64,000 nt of DNA, from contig JAVECL010000030.1 in NCBI GenBank assembly GCA_051942245.1, positions 1 through 64,000 on the forward strand. The letters run 5' to 3'. The translations under genes were made by a program, and so were the position numbers. Shown in pieces: positions 35,157 to 46,837 of this stretch (position 1 is the first letter of the stretch; the number at the start of each line of letters is the position of its first letter). The notes under the pieces were generated by a model. That model was not told where the DNA came from and ran no database searches. It saw nothing but the letters and a program-made list of their open reading frames with translations. The stretch comes from Trypethelium eluteriae. Its lineage: Eukaryota.

Positions 35157-36452
35157 TCAGCGATTTAGATTTGCCGCTGCAACATATCTGGCAAAACTCA
35201 TGTCGTCTCCTTCTTGGTTGCCTCTACCTTCGTGAAGTGCTCTCTCGTATCTTGCCTTCAATCCTTCATCATCGTCGTCTTCGTCATCCACAATCTCGTC
35301 ATCGACATCCTCGTCAGCGCCCATCATACGATCTTCATCGTCTTCTTCATCCTCCACGTCACTGACGGTCTCAGGCTCGTACTTCTTCCGAGTTCCTGCG
35401 GCCTTTTGCTTATTTCCACCAACATCCATATCCTTCATGAGCCTTCCCAACTCCTTCTCCCTTCTCTCTTCCTTGGCCTGTTCCCGTTCTTTCCACCTCT
35501 TCTCCAGCTCAGGCCGGTAGTCCTTCTCAAACTCTTCTCGCTTTTCCTCCACCACCTCAAAGAACTCTTTTATGCCATCTCCTGTCATCGCACTAACACC
35601 GCAGACCTTCAGATGGCGGTAGAATTCTTCTAACACCAGACTCATACTATTCAGAAGACTGCCCATATATCCACTGCCGCCGCCATAGGCAGTGCTCGTC
35701 TCCCCACCTTCAGCGCCACCAAAGCTGCCGCTCTCTTGCTCCTGCTGCAGCGCTGCCTGAAAAGCCTCGAAGTCCGTCATCCACTTCTCCGCCCAGCTCC
35801 AGTCACCATCTTTGCAGGCATCAGTCTTGTTGAAGACCAGTATAAGTGGTAACTTTGTCTTGTAGAGTATCGAGATCGCATAGAGCATATTGGACATGAA
35901 CGTGGATGTAGAGGAGGACCGAGGAGTGTCGACGATGTAGGCGATCACGGTAGGGAAGGTGGATGCAAGGGACGAGAGAAGAATATCGCCAGAGGCCGAC
36001 CAAACGAAAACTTCTATTTGGCCTGGCGTGTCGATAAGGATGCGGGAAATGGGTTTCGTATTCGAAGGCGAGCTCGATGATGCTGGGGTGGCAGCGGACG
36101 ACGACGAGTATGCTGACGTGGCCGTGAAACTGGTTGGAGGTGGTCCGTCTGGAAATGCGCGCTTTTCTAATAGACTAAGAATTTGGTCGATCTTGGTTGT
36201 GAAAAGGTTCAGAGACGTGAGAATGCCACCGTTAGGTCCCAGATTATATTGTTTCATGACTTCCTTGTAATTGACACTATCTCGTATATCGATGTTACTG
36301 TCGAATGGCACACTACGAACAGCCGGGTCCAGGTTCATCACGTATGGTGGATCCTTCTGGCCATATAGGTAGGAGTTTATTCTTTGCATGAATGTAGTCT
36401 TTCCTGACCCGGCCATGCCGACGCAGACAATAGCGACTGGTGGCTTAGACAT
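35157..36452 (-). CDS. NPA3: GPN-loop GTPase 1 (Npa3/Gpn1)
   Basis: [10 protein letters not shown]-loop, NLGPNGGI (GPN), DTPGQIE, NKTD, acidic tail. Confidence 0.96.
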   Translation of the reverse strand: MSKPPVAIVCVGMAGSGKTTFMQRINSYLYGQKDPPYVMNLDPAVRSVPFDSNIDIRDSVNYKEVMKQYNLGPNGGILTSLNLFTTKIDQILSLLEKRAFPDGPPPTSFTATSAYSSSSAATPASSSSPSNTKPISRILIDTPGQIEVFVWSASGDILLSSLASTFPTVIAYIVDTPRSSSTSTFMSNMLYAISILYKTKLPLILVFNKTDACKDGDWSWAEKWMTDFEAFQAALQQEQESGSFGGAEGGETSTAYGGGSGYMGSLLNSMSLVLEEFYRHLKVCGVSAMTGDGIKEFFEVVEEKREEFEKDYRPELEKRWKEREQAKEERREKELGRLMKDMDVGGNKQKAAGTRKKYEPETVSDVEDEEDDEDRMMGADEDVDDEIVDDEDDDDEGLKARYERALHEGRGNQEGDDMSFARYVAAANLNR

Positions 36453-36643
36453 TTTTGCGGTTTGCCACCGTCGTTAAGACTTATGAGGGAGGAAGTTCGT
36501 GTCGCAGTCGCGTAAGGAGGGGAGCTGGGGTCAAAATTCGGAGAGAGTGATGCCAGAAAAGTTCCGGCTCCCACTAATCCGATCTCCGTCAAAATCCTTC
36601 AACAACTTTAGACCTTTTTGCGCCGCCTGAAAGATCCTTGGCA
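36453..36643. promoter_or_regulatory. Compact bidirectional promoter between NPA3 and the CWF19L2-like gene
   Basis: Divergent ATGs separated by only 191 bp. Confidence 0.6.
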
Positions 36644-38761
36644 ATGGCGCTTGAAGATTTTGAGAAAGAGCTGGCGGAGAGTAAGACCAAGCATTCTCAT
36701 CGTAAAAGAGAGCGCAGCAGAAGCCGTGACCGCGAACGTCACCATCACCACCACCGATCCTCAAAGAACCACCTCTCAAAGCGGGACCATGAGGACAGTC
36801 CGAGACATCGAAGTAAAAGATCACGGCGGCATGACGCGTCTCATGACAATGATGCACACGAACATCTACCAAAGCGTAGGCACAAGGAATCACCCCCGTC
36901 TGGCGATCTTGCGGAAGAGGATGAAGAGGACGAATGGGTTGAGAAGGAAGCAATGAATGCTCCGCCCACTGATCAGACTTTTGACGCTGAGATAAGTGAG
37001 GCACAAGCATCAAATAGTAAGCGCGATTCGTGGATGGAAGCGCCGTCCACATTAGATATCGATTACGTCCAGCGGCGCAAAGAGGAACCCAAACCTTCAA
37101 GAGTACACGCATCTAAGAATGATTACGAGCTAAAAATCCATAAGAATGAATTGAACCATCACTTGAAGGATCTCCATGACGGCAAAACAGTTGACGAGCT
37201 TGAGAACGAACCGGCACAGCATGAAGTTAACTATGTATTCGGCGACGCTGGCTCACAATGGCGGATGATGAAGCTCAAGGCTGTCTACAGGCAGGCTAAA
37301 GAGTCCGGAAGGCCCATCGAGGAAATCGCTGAGGAGAGGTTTGGTGATATCAGGAGCTTCGACGATGCTCGGGAAGAGGAGATCGAGCTGGACAGACGCA
37401 AAATGTATGGCAACGACTACGTGGGGAAGAACAAGCCGAGTGGGGAATTGTTTGAAGAACGGAAGATAAAGAATGGCTTCACGAGAGACTCAAAACATAT
37501 CGATCACGAGGAAGCAGAGCCTAATCTACCACAGGGAGAGATTATGGAAGAGCAAGGGCCCCTTGCTAAGACAGTTGTGCTAGACCAAACTGCCCTCAAT
37601 AAGCTAAAAGCGCAGATGATGAAAGCCAAATTGAAAGGTGCATCTAATGCAGCGGAATTAGAGGCGGAGTACAATAACGCCATGTCGAGCGCAGCGAATC
37701 GAAAAGAACCGGAGGTCGTTGTACTAGGTGCAATGGAGAGCCGGATGTTAGCCGGGGGACGGAAAGGGGAGGTCAAAGCAGTCGACACGAAACGCGGACG
37801 AGAGAGAGGCCTTGTTGAAGAGAATGAAGACATGAGCATTGAGGATATGGTTCGGCAAGAGAAACGAACAAGAGGCACGGCTGGAGGTGAAGGCAGAGTC
37901 TTTGCTGAACGGATTGCTAAGGATGGCAAATTCGACAACGATCTTGACTATATCGATGACAACGCCAGCAAACTCGCCAAGCGTGTCCAGAGGTCCGAGA
38001 TTAACCTTCGGAATACAGCGATCTCGGATTTTCAAAAGATAACCCGCATCCTCGATACTTGCCCCCTTTGCCATCATGAAGATACAGATAAGCCGCCTGT
38101 GGCGCCAATATTGTCTCTAGCTACTCGAGTCTACCTTACCCTCCCGACGGAGCCGGAGATCAACGAGGAAGGCGGCGGCGCTTGCATCATTCCCATCCAG
38201 CATCGTTTCAATCTTCTAGAATGTGACGATGATGAATGGGAAGAGATTCGGAACTTCATGAAGTGTCTCACGCGCATGTATCATGATCAAGGACGAGACG
38301 TCGTCTTCTACGAAAATGCTGCACATCAGCAACGAAAAAGGCACGCAAGCTTGGAAGTTGTACCAATTCCTTTCAGCCTCGGTGAGACCGCACCGGCTTT
38401 CTTCAAGGAGGCCATTCTCAGTGCAGACGAGGAGTGGACCCAGCACAAGAAAATCATTGATACCCTGGCCAAATCGAGAGAGGGGCAGGGGAAGCTTGCC
38501 TTCCGGCGTTCTATAGCGAAAGAGATGCCTTACTTCCACGTCTGGTTTGAGCTAGATGGAGGTCTAGGACATATCGTGGAAGACCAGAACAGGTGGCCAA
38601 AGGGTGACTTGTTTGCAAGAGAGATTCTAGGGGGCATGCTTGATGCTCCTCCAGATGTCATAAAGAAGCAGGGAAGATGGCATAGGGATGATCCGAGAAC
38701 AGATGGCTTCAAGAAGCTATGGAGAAAATTCGACTGGACGAGAGTTTTGACTGATGGATAA
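36644..38761 (+). CDS. cwf19: Pre-mRNA splicing factor Cwf19/CWF19L2-like (CwfJ C-terminal domains)
   Basis: Basic/His-rich N-terminus, GDAGSQWR, CPLC...CIIPIQH, WEEIRNF, FFKEAI...EEWTQHKK, PYFHVWF, FDWT. Confidence 0.9.
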   Translation: MALEDFEKELAESKTKHSHRKRERSRSRDRERHHHHHRSSKNHLSKRDHEDSPRHRSKRSRRHDASHDNDAHEHLPKRRHKESPPSGDLAEEDEEDEWVEKEAMNAPPTDQTFDAEISEAQASNSKRDSWMEAPSTLDIDYVQRRKEEPKPSRVHASKNDYELKIHKNELNHHLKDLHDGKTVDELENEPAQHEVNYVFGDAGSQWRMMKLKAVYRQAKESGRPIEEIAEERFGDIRSFDDAREEEIELDRRKMYGNDYVGKNKPSGELFEERKIKNGFTRDSKHIDHEEAEPNLPQGEIMEEQGPLAKTVVLDQTALNKLKAQMMKAKLKGASNAAELEAEYNNAMSSAANRKEPEVVVLGAMESRMLAGGRKGEVKAVDTKRGRERGLVEENEDMSIEDMVRQEKRTRGTAGGEGRVFAERIAKDGKFDNDLDYIDDNASKLAKRVQRSEINLRNTAISDFQKITRILDTCPLCHHEDTDKPPVAPILSLATRVYLTLPTEPEINEEGGGACIIPIQHRFNLLECDDDEWEEIRNFMKCLTRMYHDQGRDVVFYENAAHQQRKRHASLEVVPIPFSLGETAPAFFKEAILSADEEWTQHKKIIDTLAKSREGQGKLAFRRSIAKEMPYFHVWFELDGGLGHIVEDQNRWPKGDLFAREILGGMLDAPPDVIKKQGRWHRDDPRTDGFKKLWRKFDWTRVLTDG

Positions 38762-38989
38762 AACTTTCCTTCAAAAGAGACAAGTAATTTTATATTGTAT
38801 GAGAGTAGCAATATGTCTTCAGAGCAGGCCGTATATGCGTATCCATGGTCTACCTATCTTGATGATAGCTGTTAGCGGACTCAACACCATCGAGTACATA
38901 GCACTGTCCCATCACAAACGAGCTCTCATCCCCTGATAAAATCGCGAAAATCTAGCTACCTCCTTATTAGATACGTCTCTTCTCCCTTA

Positions 38990-39651
38990 CGCGCTTGGGT
39001 TCCGTTAGTCCTTCCTCGACCCCCGATCAACCAGCTTCAACATCGGCATCTGTGCCATTCCCCGACTTAACGTCTTCGCTCAGATACCTTTGCCGCCCTT
39101 CTCCTTTGCCGATGTCTCCACCGCTCCAACCATAGCATGCTTCGACGCCAAATAGACTGAGCCCTGCGCAGCCACCACATTCCCTGTCGTGCTCGCCCAG
39201 TTGATAATGGGTTCGCCTGCAGTATCATTCCGCCTGTTCTTGAGGCAGTTCAGCTACATAAGTATACATTCCAGCAGCCCTTTCAGGCCGACACCAATAC
39301 CTCGTCGAAGCTCTTGTTGGAGAGGTCCAGTCTGAGTCCAGCGCCGCTTCATCTGTTAGGCCGAGAGATTCAGCAGTAATGGCGGCGCTATTAAGGGGCC
39401 GCTTAAAAGGTAGTGCGGTTTTCTTGGCTATAACTTGACTACGGGACGAGCTTTAGATGAAGCTGGTCAGAATATGTGTGCTTCAAGCTTCGAGGGCTGT
39501 CTCAACAAATTGAAGGGGTTCCGCTTGGATGTCACAGGCCAAGGCGAGGGCGCCTCGCGAGGCAAGGAGGCAAGGAGGCAGGTAGTGGTGAGATCAACCC
39601 CAAAAGCTGCATCAGCGACGACGAAGAACTTATTTTTAACGGGAAAGACAT
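38990..39651 (-). pseudogene. Short-chain dehydrogenase/reductase (SDR) pseudogene
   Basis: Relics KNKFFVVADAAFGVD (decayed TGxxxGxG), LLASRGALALACDIQ, IINWASTTG...VYLASKHAMVG (YxxxK at 39140-39154), KGI*AK (TGA 39080-39082); frameshifts. 3' limit approximate. Confidence 0.8.
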
Positions 39652-40356
39652 TTGGTGTATGTATGCAAAGAAAGTCGTGATCAGAAATCTAAATTCTGGG
39701 AGTAGCTCTTCACCATGCCAAGCGACTAGAAAATAGCTGAACTCGATGGAAGACCCAAGAGACTTGAAATCGACTTAACCAACTTTCAATATGTGTATAC
39801 CTATTCTGACTCCACATGTCCAACTTCTTGCCCATATATATCTTCAATACCAAGTTCAAATAGGCATTGTAAGGGGCACTGGAATACACATTATAAGAAA
39901 CTGGATCCCTGATCCGTTTGGGAGAATCCTAAGTTCCGAATAAGCGATACAGATATGGAGATTCAATTGGACGAATGCATCTTGAGTCTGCACGCAATGC
40001 TCCCTATGGAGTTGACTCGTTCGCGTGAGCTCCATGCCTGCACTCTCAACGGCTTGTAGATATCGTACAACATGCCTATCCATTAGATTTCGAACTTGAA
40101 TATCAAATTCTCTTTTCGTGAATTTATCCTAGCATTGACATTGCTAAGTGTTAAAAAGTGAACTCACCTACCTTCACCCACATCTAGCGTCTCACAAAGA
40201 CCTTCCTTAATACAGGACTGACATTTCTCACTTATAAGACGGAGTTAATACGGCTCGTCGCGTGAAAGACCGTTTCGGGTGCACTTCCTCCATCTTCCCA
40301 TAACACCCTCACTTCGCCTTGATCTGGGGGTTCCTCTGTCGATACTTTGAGGCTGC

Positions 40357-42012
40357 ATGATATTCATCCCTCCAGGCCCCAGTCCTCAAAGTCCTGCCAA
40401 GATGTCAGGGCAGAGCTTCGCTACCATGCCAGGAAAAAAAGACTCTCCATCAGCAACACTGGATTGGGTCAAGCAAGTTGCGGGAAAGTCGACGAAGGTC
40501 CGGGCTGAGACCACAGCGCTGGACACATTCTGGGAGGCGCTTCGTCAGGATGTACTTGTGCGAAGCATTAGAGCTAAGATTCCTGGAAGCTATACACGCA
40601 TCCTCCAAACTAAGTCGCTTGGCGAATTTATTAAGATTCTGGAAACGGGGGGAAGTTCTCTATTCGTCGAAGAGAAAGAATTTGAGAAATACGGATTTAT
40701 GATATGGAAATGCTTTCAGGAGGCTTTCAAACCAGCGGTCCAGCTCTTTGAAGGTTACCCTCTGGCGTGCCCTGATTTCTGCAAAGGATACCTGCTTTCC
40801 GCATTGCCAACGCAAGTAAAGAAAAAAATCATTGGATACCTAGTGCCCACATCTGAGATTTTTGGTTTGGTGGTCACCGATTGCTTGGTTACTACTAACC
40901 TTAGGGCACATCAAACGTCGTACAATCTTCAAGACCGGGTTGGAAGACTTTTCACTAGGACTTACGGGGTCTCAAGACGCGGATCACCACCGTGGAAGCT
41001 CCCCTCAGTGCTGGCTCCCTTTCTGAAATCCAGAGCGTTCTGCCGCTACGTACAAGAGCTGGTATATGCAGGCGGTATAGATTTTCGTGGTAGCCCGGAG
41101 AGCGTATCTGCGTTCATGCACGACCGTATGAACAAGCTGGATCTGATGACAAAAATCCGACTGAGCTACCGATTCGAAGATACGGCGCCCACGAAGGATC
41201 CGAGAACCACTCTGGGAACGTCTGGAGCTTGGCGCAAATTGTCGAATATGCTCGTACATGATTGCATAGGGCTTAAGGATGTCAAGATCCTTGTTAACAA
41301 GGACTTCTGGAATAAGATTGCGTGGGAAAGACACGGTGCGGATCATTACGCTACAGTATCAGAGCTCATACGCCTTCCGAGAGCATCTTCGAAGGAGACT
41401 GGGCTTCCGCCAGACATAGAATATGACCGTCCATGCGGGTTCTTGGAGAGGGTCGGCAGGCTGAGCAACGAACAAATTCACCTTGAGGTTGAGATTCAAG
41501 GAGCCGACACCAAGGAGAAGAAGAACTTTCAAAAAGCTGTGGATGTGCGGTTGTACCACTGTACGGGGGTGCGAAAGCCACTCGCTGAAGAGAAGAAGCG
41601 TTGCTGATGCTCCACGAAATCTCTTTGGAAATCCTGCGCCTGGTACCCACCTGAAGCCGACTAGGTAGCTGCGAACGGCTCTGCAGTCATCTTGAAGGTT
41701 CCAGGGATTGAAGGAATGGTTTCCTGGAAGGGGCTGAGCCTGACCCGATTTTCAGAAATCGATTCTCGACGGCAGTATTGGATGAGAGGTAAAGGGGGAA
41801 ACTGGTTTGAAGACGGGCTCGAAAGATCGGCGTGCTCCTGTGGCATTATTTCAGAGAACCTGCAATGCACATGGCCTTGCATCGAGACCAATCTAGCATA
41901 TGAGCTCCAGGCTTTTCCAAATGAAATTATTCCTTTAATGGATGTTGCCGTAAAGGATGTAATGGAAGAGCTTACATCAGAGAGCTCATATAGAGATAGA
42001 GATGAAACTTGA
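40357..42012 (+). pseudogene. Hypothetical protein paralogous to 54275-55564; frame interrupted by TGA (41605-41607) and TAG (41662-41664)
   Basis: Shared motifs with the paralog (F.G..ES..AF.HDR, WR.L...LVH.C, FLER); the TGA falls inside the shared CxCx8CxW motif; the same frame continues to 42012. Confidence 0.65.
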
Positions 42013-42460
42013 TTGGTAGCCTGCAACCGCCTGCAATTTTCATCAAATATTGCGAGGTGTTTTGCTTTCAACATTGAAATGCCACAGATTGCCCAAACTA
42101 GATAGCAATGTCTAGAAGGATTATGGGCGAAAATACAACTCAAAGTATTTGATGATCAGCTTCATCGTTCTATTCCTTCGCCCAAGCCTTGCATGTGTCT
42201 TTTGGTAGTGTCCTCGAGCAATTATACATACGAATCGCAGAAGACGTAGAGAATCGGTACACTCGGTAGGAATTGGGGCCGAGAGAAGGTGCAGGCATCG
42301 TTGCTCATCATGAGAGTAGGTGAAGAGGCTGAAAGCATTCACGGCCGCCGGCGGCAACTTTCGCTTCCGCACAGAAATCTTGACGAAGATCAGCATAATT
42401 TCAACTAGGTCCTCACCATCCTTCCGTACACGACGTGATCCCAAAGCCACTATTTTAAAT

Positions 42461-43709
42461 ATGGCGGACTCATTGTAAGTTTCGGATCTGGGTCTGAAGT
42501 ATTGTGCAACTAACCCACGGAAGGCGAGATGCGTCTCTTCGCGAAGTTCAGATTGAGGCACTGGTAAGACTATGTTCATGTCGCGACCCTGGAATTGATA
42601 TTGACAGTTCGATAGGTGGTCATGAAAATAATTAAACATGCATCCCAAGCTTTTCCAACCACCATCACAGGCTCTATAGTAGGCATGGATAACGGCGACA
42701 AACTCGAAATCACCAACTCGTTCCCCTTCCCTAGCATAGAGCTTCCCGCAGACTCGCATCAAGACTCGTCCAGCCTCTCGGCAGCAGCACCACGCGCAAA
42801 AGCGAATACTTCATATCAGACAGAGATGATAAAATTTTTACGGGAAGTCAATGTCGATGCGAACAATGTTGGTTGGTATACCAGTACAAACATGGGGAAT
42901 TTCGTGAACGCAAATACAATTGAGAACCAATTCTTCTACCAGAAAGAGATGAATGAGCGGACGGTTGCTCTAGTACACGATGTGAGCAGGAGCTCGCAGG
43001 GCAGTTTGAGCATACGAGCTTATCGACTATCTCCCATGTTCATGTCGGCCTATCGTGAAGGCAAATTCACAACGGACAGGTCGGCTATGTCTTGCTTATC
43101 TCAGTAGCACACTGTACTGACACATCAAGCAGCTTACAAAAAAGTGGTCTCCGATATCAAGATATCCTTGTTGAACTACCAACGACCATCCACAACTCTC
43201 ATCTGCTTACTAGTCTCCTCCATCAAATTCCGTCAAATCCACCTAATGAACCCCTGGACTTTCCGCCAAATCTTGCCGCTCTCTCCCATGATCCTCAGGT
43301 TTCCTCTAACCCCATGTGTCCAAACTTCGATTCTCTAGATCTCTCCATCGATCCTTACCTGGAAAAGACCTGCGATCTCTTGCTCGACAGTATAGAGAAC
43401 CACCACACCGAGCTAAACAATCATCAATATTACCAGCGGTCATTAGGACGTGAGCAAGCAAAGATCACGGCATGGCAGCAGAAGCGGAAAGCAGAAAATG
43501 CGGCACGTGCAGCTGCCAAGCAGCCATTATTACCTGAGGACGAATGGCAAAGACTTTTCAAGTTACCTCAGGAACCGAGTCGGCTAGAGATTCTCCTCAA
43601 TTCAAGGCAGGTAGAACAGTATGCTAGACAAGTGGACGGATTTACAGCCGGCGTAAATAGCAAGATGTTTGCCGTGAAAAATAGCCTGTTGCCTGGCGAA
43701 GGTGTTTGA
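42461..43709 (+). CDS. eIF3h: Eukaryotic translation initiation factor 3 subunit H; 3 introns
   Basis: [46 protein letters not shown] (MPN-domain eIF3h); GT-AG introns near 42475, 42564 and 43080. Confidence 0.93.
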
Positions 43710-44184
43710 ACGGATGTGCTGGGGTGAGTAAGCGGCTAGATCCTGGAAGCATGGTACTGCGGCGTTTGGGGCATTAACGATCCAAGGTCGGTGGGCTTTA
43801 CCCATTTGCAACGAAAATCAAGGCTCCACGTCTGAAGTTTTTTCTGAGGAGCAGTTGTGCGGGCTGCCTAGACAGACCTTCATGTCGGTTACGTTAGTCT
43901 ACAGAATATGACGGGGAATGACTGAAACAGCGATGAAGTTGAGTGACTCGCTTATTTTATAATCTTCACGATCAAAGAACCATTGGAAGTTAAGGCTGCC
44001 ATTTTGCACTGAGAATAGGCGGTATTTGACGCAATAACGCGTAAATCGTCGCGGAATTCCCCTACAACGGGAATATATCGCGATCATCACGTGATCTACG
44101 CTCGTCCGAGATGCAGTCGATCCTCCATCCAAACGCGAGGTTAAAGAGGCAAGAGATTCCGCCCGTCGGCGTTTAACGCGCCTC

Positions 44185-45357
44185 ATGAACGTTTCCCCGG
44201 GGTCTACGTTACCGCAGCAGCTGCCGTTACCGCCTCTGCTTCGACAGCAGACATCGCAATCATATCAAGACGTCCATAGCAATGACAATCGCAGCTTGGG
44301 TCAATATGGATCAAGTCCTACAGGATTTGATGGCTCAAGTCCAGCAGAACCACCAGGACGCTACCAAAATGACTTCGTCATCCAGAGCCAGTCGCTCCAA
44401 GCGATTGACCCTTTCAACCCGTCTCTACCGCCACTGAATACTTTCGGGGGTACGAACCATCAGCTATTACCACCACACATCTCAGAATTCTCATTTGCGC
44501 CCACACCGCAGAACGGCCAGCAATTCGATGTTGCACCTCCAGGTCGACCGCTTCTAAGCCAGTCAATTCACGAATTTCCCAGTAGTGATCCTTTCAGTGG
44601 CCTCCAGGGTGACACGGCTTTGCTAGATGACCCTCCCGTTAAGAATGATTCACATTTGGAAGGATTGAAGCTCATTCCTCATCCGCGAGAACTGAACGCT
44701 TGGCGGGAGAAGCTGTTCCATATTGAAGAGCCTATCACGCTGACTGAAGAAGAGTGCGTTAAATTGTATCGGTTCATTGTTTGCAAGCTAACACAGCTTT
44801 CACCCCGAATCAGATTCCAGACTTACTGGCCTCATGTCGATAATGTATATTCCCACCGCTCAACCCAAAAGTACAAGCGAAAGCCTTTCATATCACATTA
44901 TTGGGACTGCCGGTTGAAAGGTAGACCCCCTGGAACACCGAAATCCAATGACCCAAATAAGAAGAAGCGGAAACGGACAGCACGTGAGCGTGACCTCTGC
45001 GATGTAAAGATTAAGATTACAGAATATTTGCCTGGAGCAATAGTTGAAGATGGTCAGGACTCTCAGGCGGCAAGCTTCAATGGAGCGTCTTTTGGGTCGA
45101 TGTCTTCTGATGGACCACTCTCCAGTCAACAAACGTGGTCGCTTCCTTCAATGGCACCGGCCGAACCTCTTCCACCGCCACCTTCTGGAGGCGGCAAGTA
45201 CTACACAATTCAGCGAGTTAATGGATATGTAGGAGATGGGAAGACTGAGGGAGCTCCAGAAGTGCATAGACATACCCTGGAAGATAGCGATCGCGTTAAA
45301 AAGAACAGTGTAGTGCGATGGGTGTTAAAAAGAGAGAAGGAGGACAAGAAGAATAAT
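44185..45357 (+). CDS. Pro/Gln-rich protein with WRKY/GCM1-like (Rbf1-type) C-C-H-H domain; in-frame intron 44754-44813; ends at a splice donor (45358)
   Basis: HYWDCRLKGR...KKRKRTARERDLCDVKIKI...VHRHTLEDSDRVKKNS; phase-0 donor AAT|GTAAGT. Confidence 0.7.
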
Positions 45358-45750
45358 GTAAGTGAATCTTTGACCAATTCCGAAAATTTTTCTACATTTT
45401 TAAGCATATGCCTCTTCTGGAAAATTGTTGTGATAACGTCATAATGAATTGCGGGGATGGTAAGGATCGCATCATTGGTAAGGTAGTGGGGTGCTTTGGA
45501 GCATTTGTAACAACTGTATGACCGCCCACACCATTGAGCAACACTTTTCTTTGCATTGGAGGGTGCCTCAGAACAATATATGAAGCGGCTTATTTGTAGT
45601 GCGCAAAACGCTACTTTCAATAAGTTCCTTTTGTACCACTATCCAAACCGCTTTCCGAATCTACCTCGAGTACATGTAAAATCAAGGATTATCCCATCTC
45701 AGACTCGCATCTACATATCATCTGCTCATTATACATCCTCTGCAACCACA

Positions 45751-46837
45751 ATGTCGAACAACGTTGACGAAAATGGCAAGAAAACCTATCACAAGAAGGC
45801 ATCCGGGAAAGCCCTCGATACCGTCAAGAAACGCTCCAAAGAACACGACCTCAAGCTGTTTGGCAGCTGTTTCTGGTTAGTAAAGCACGCTTAAGGAAGC
45901 TTGTTAGATTGAAGCTCCCAAGGCAATTATCGTATGTGGTATCCGCTAACGACCTCTAGTCCTTTCGTGCAGCGCGTATGGATTTCTCTCGAGGTGAAAC
46001 AGATCCCCTACCAGTACATCGAAGTCGACCCATACAAAAAGCCCCAATCCCTCCTCGAAGTCAATCCGCGTGGCCTCGTCCCCGCCCTCCGGCACGGCGA
46101 CTGGGCCTGCCACGAAAGCACCGTCCTCATGGAATACGTTCGTACCATCTCCTCCTCTACCCCACTCATTCCCCCTTCCCCGTCTCCTCAAAAAATTCCT
46201 CCGTCCACCTCCCCCCAAGCTGACAGCTCTCCTTCCACCTTCCAGCTCGAAGATCTCAACACCGGCACGCCGCTCCTCCCCTCCTCGCCCCAATCCCGCG
46301 CCCACTCCCGCCTCTGGGCCGACCACATCAACCGACACCTCATCCCCTCCTTCTACCGCCTCCTACAATCGCAATCCACCGACGACCAGCCGGCGCTCGC
46401 GACGGAGCTGCACACCGCGCTGCACGAGCTGATCGACGCGGCCGACGCGTCCGGGCCCTTCTTCCTCGGCGCGCGCATCTCGTTCGTCGATATCCAAGCC
46501 GCGCCGTGGATCTTGCGGCTGGGTCGCGTGCTGAAGCCGTATCGGGGGTGGCCGGATCCGGAGCCAGGGACGAGGTGGTGGCGGTGGGTGGAGGCGTTGG
46601 AAGGGGACGAGGCGGTGGCGAGGACGGTGAGTGAGGATGAGTTGTATTTGGATAGTTATGAGAGATATGCCGGTGAGTTGTAAATACCTTAGGGTTCTTG
46701 TTGTTTCTGCCCACGCGTCTGTGTGTGTTTTGTGCGTGGCTGGGAATGGGAATGGAGAACTGACGGACCTGACAGAGAACCGTCCGAATACGTCGCAGGT
46801 ACAGAAAGCGATTAACTCTGGCCGGGGGCTTCCATGA
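45751..46837 (+). CDS. Glutathione S-transferase (omega/tau-like, CFCPF active site); 3 introns
   Basis: LFGSCFCPFVQRVWI after splicing, NPRGLVPAL, HESTVLMEY, GPFFLG..ISFVDI..APW; introns near 45876-45959, 46138-46244, 46673-46775. Confidence 0.9.

Noticed and set aside
42121..42762. 213-aa minus-strand ORF
   Set aside because: Antisense to the eIF3h promoter, first exons and introns; no protein-like features.
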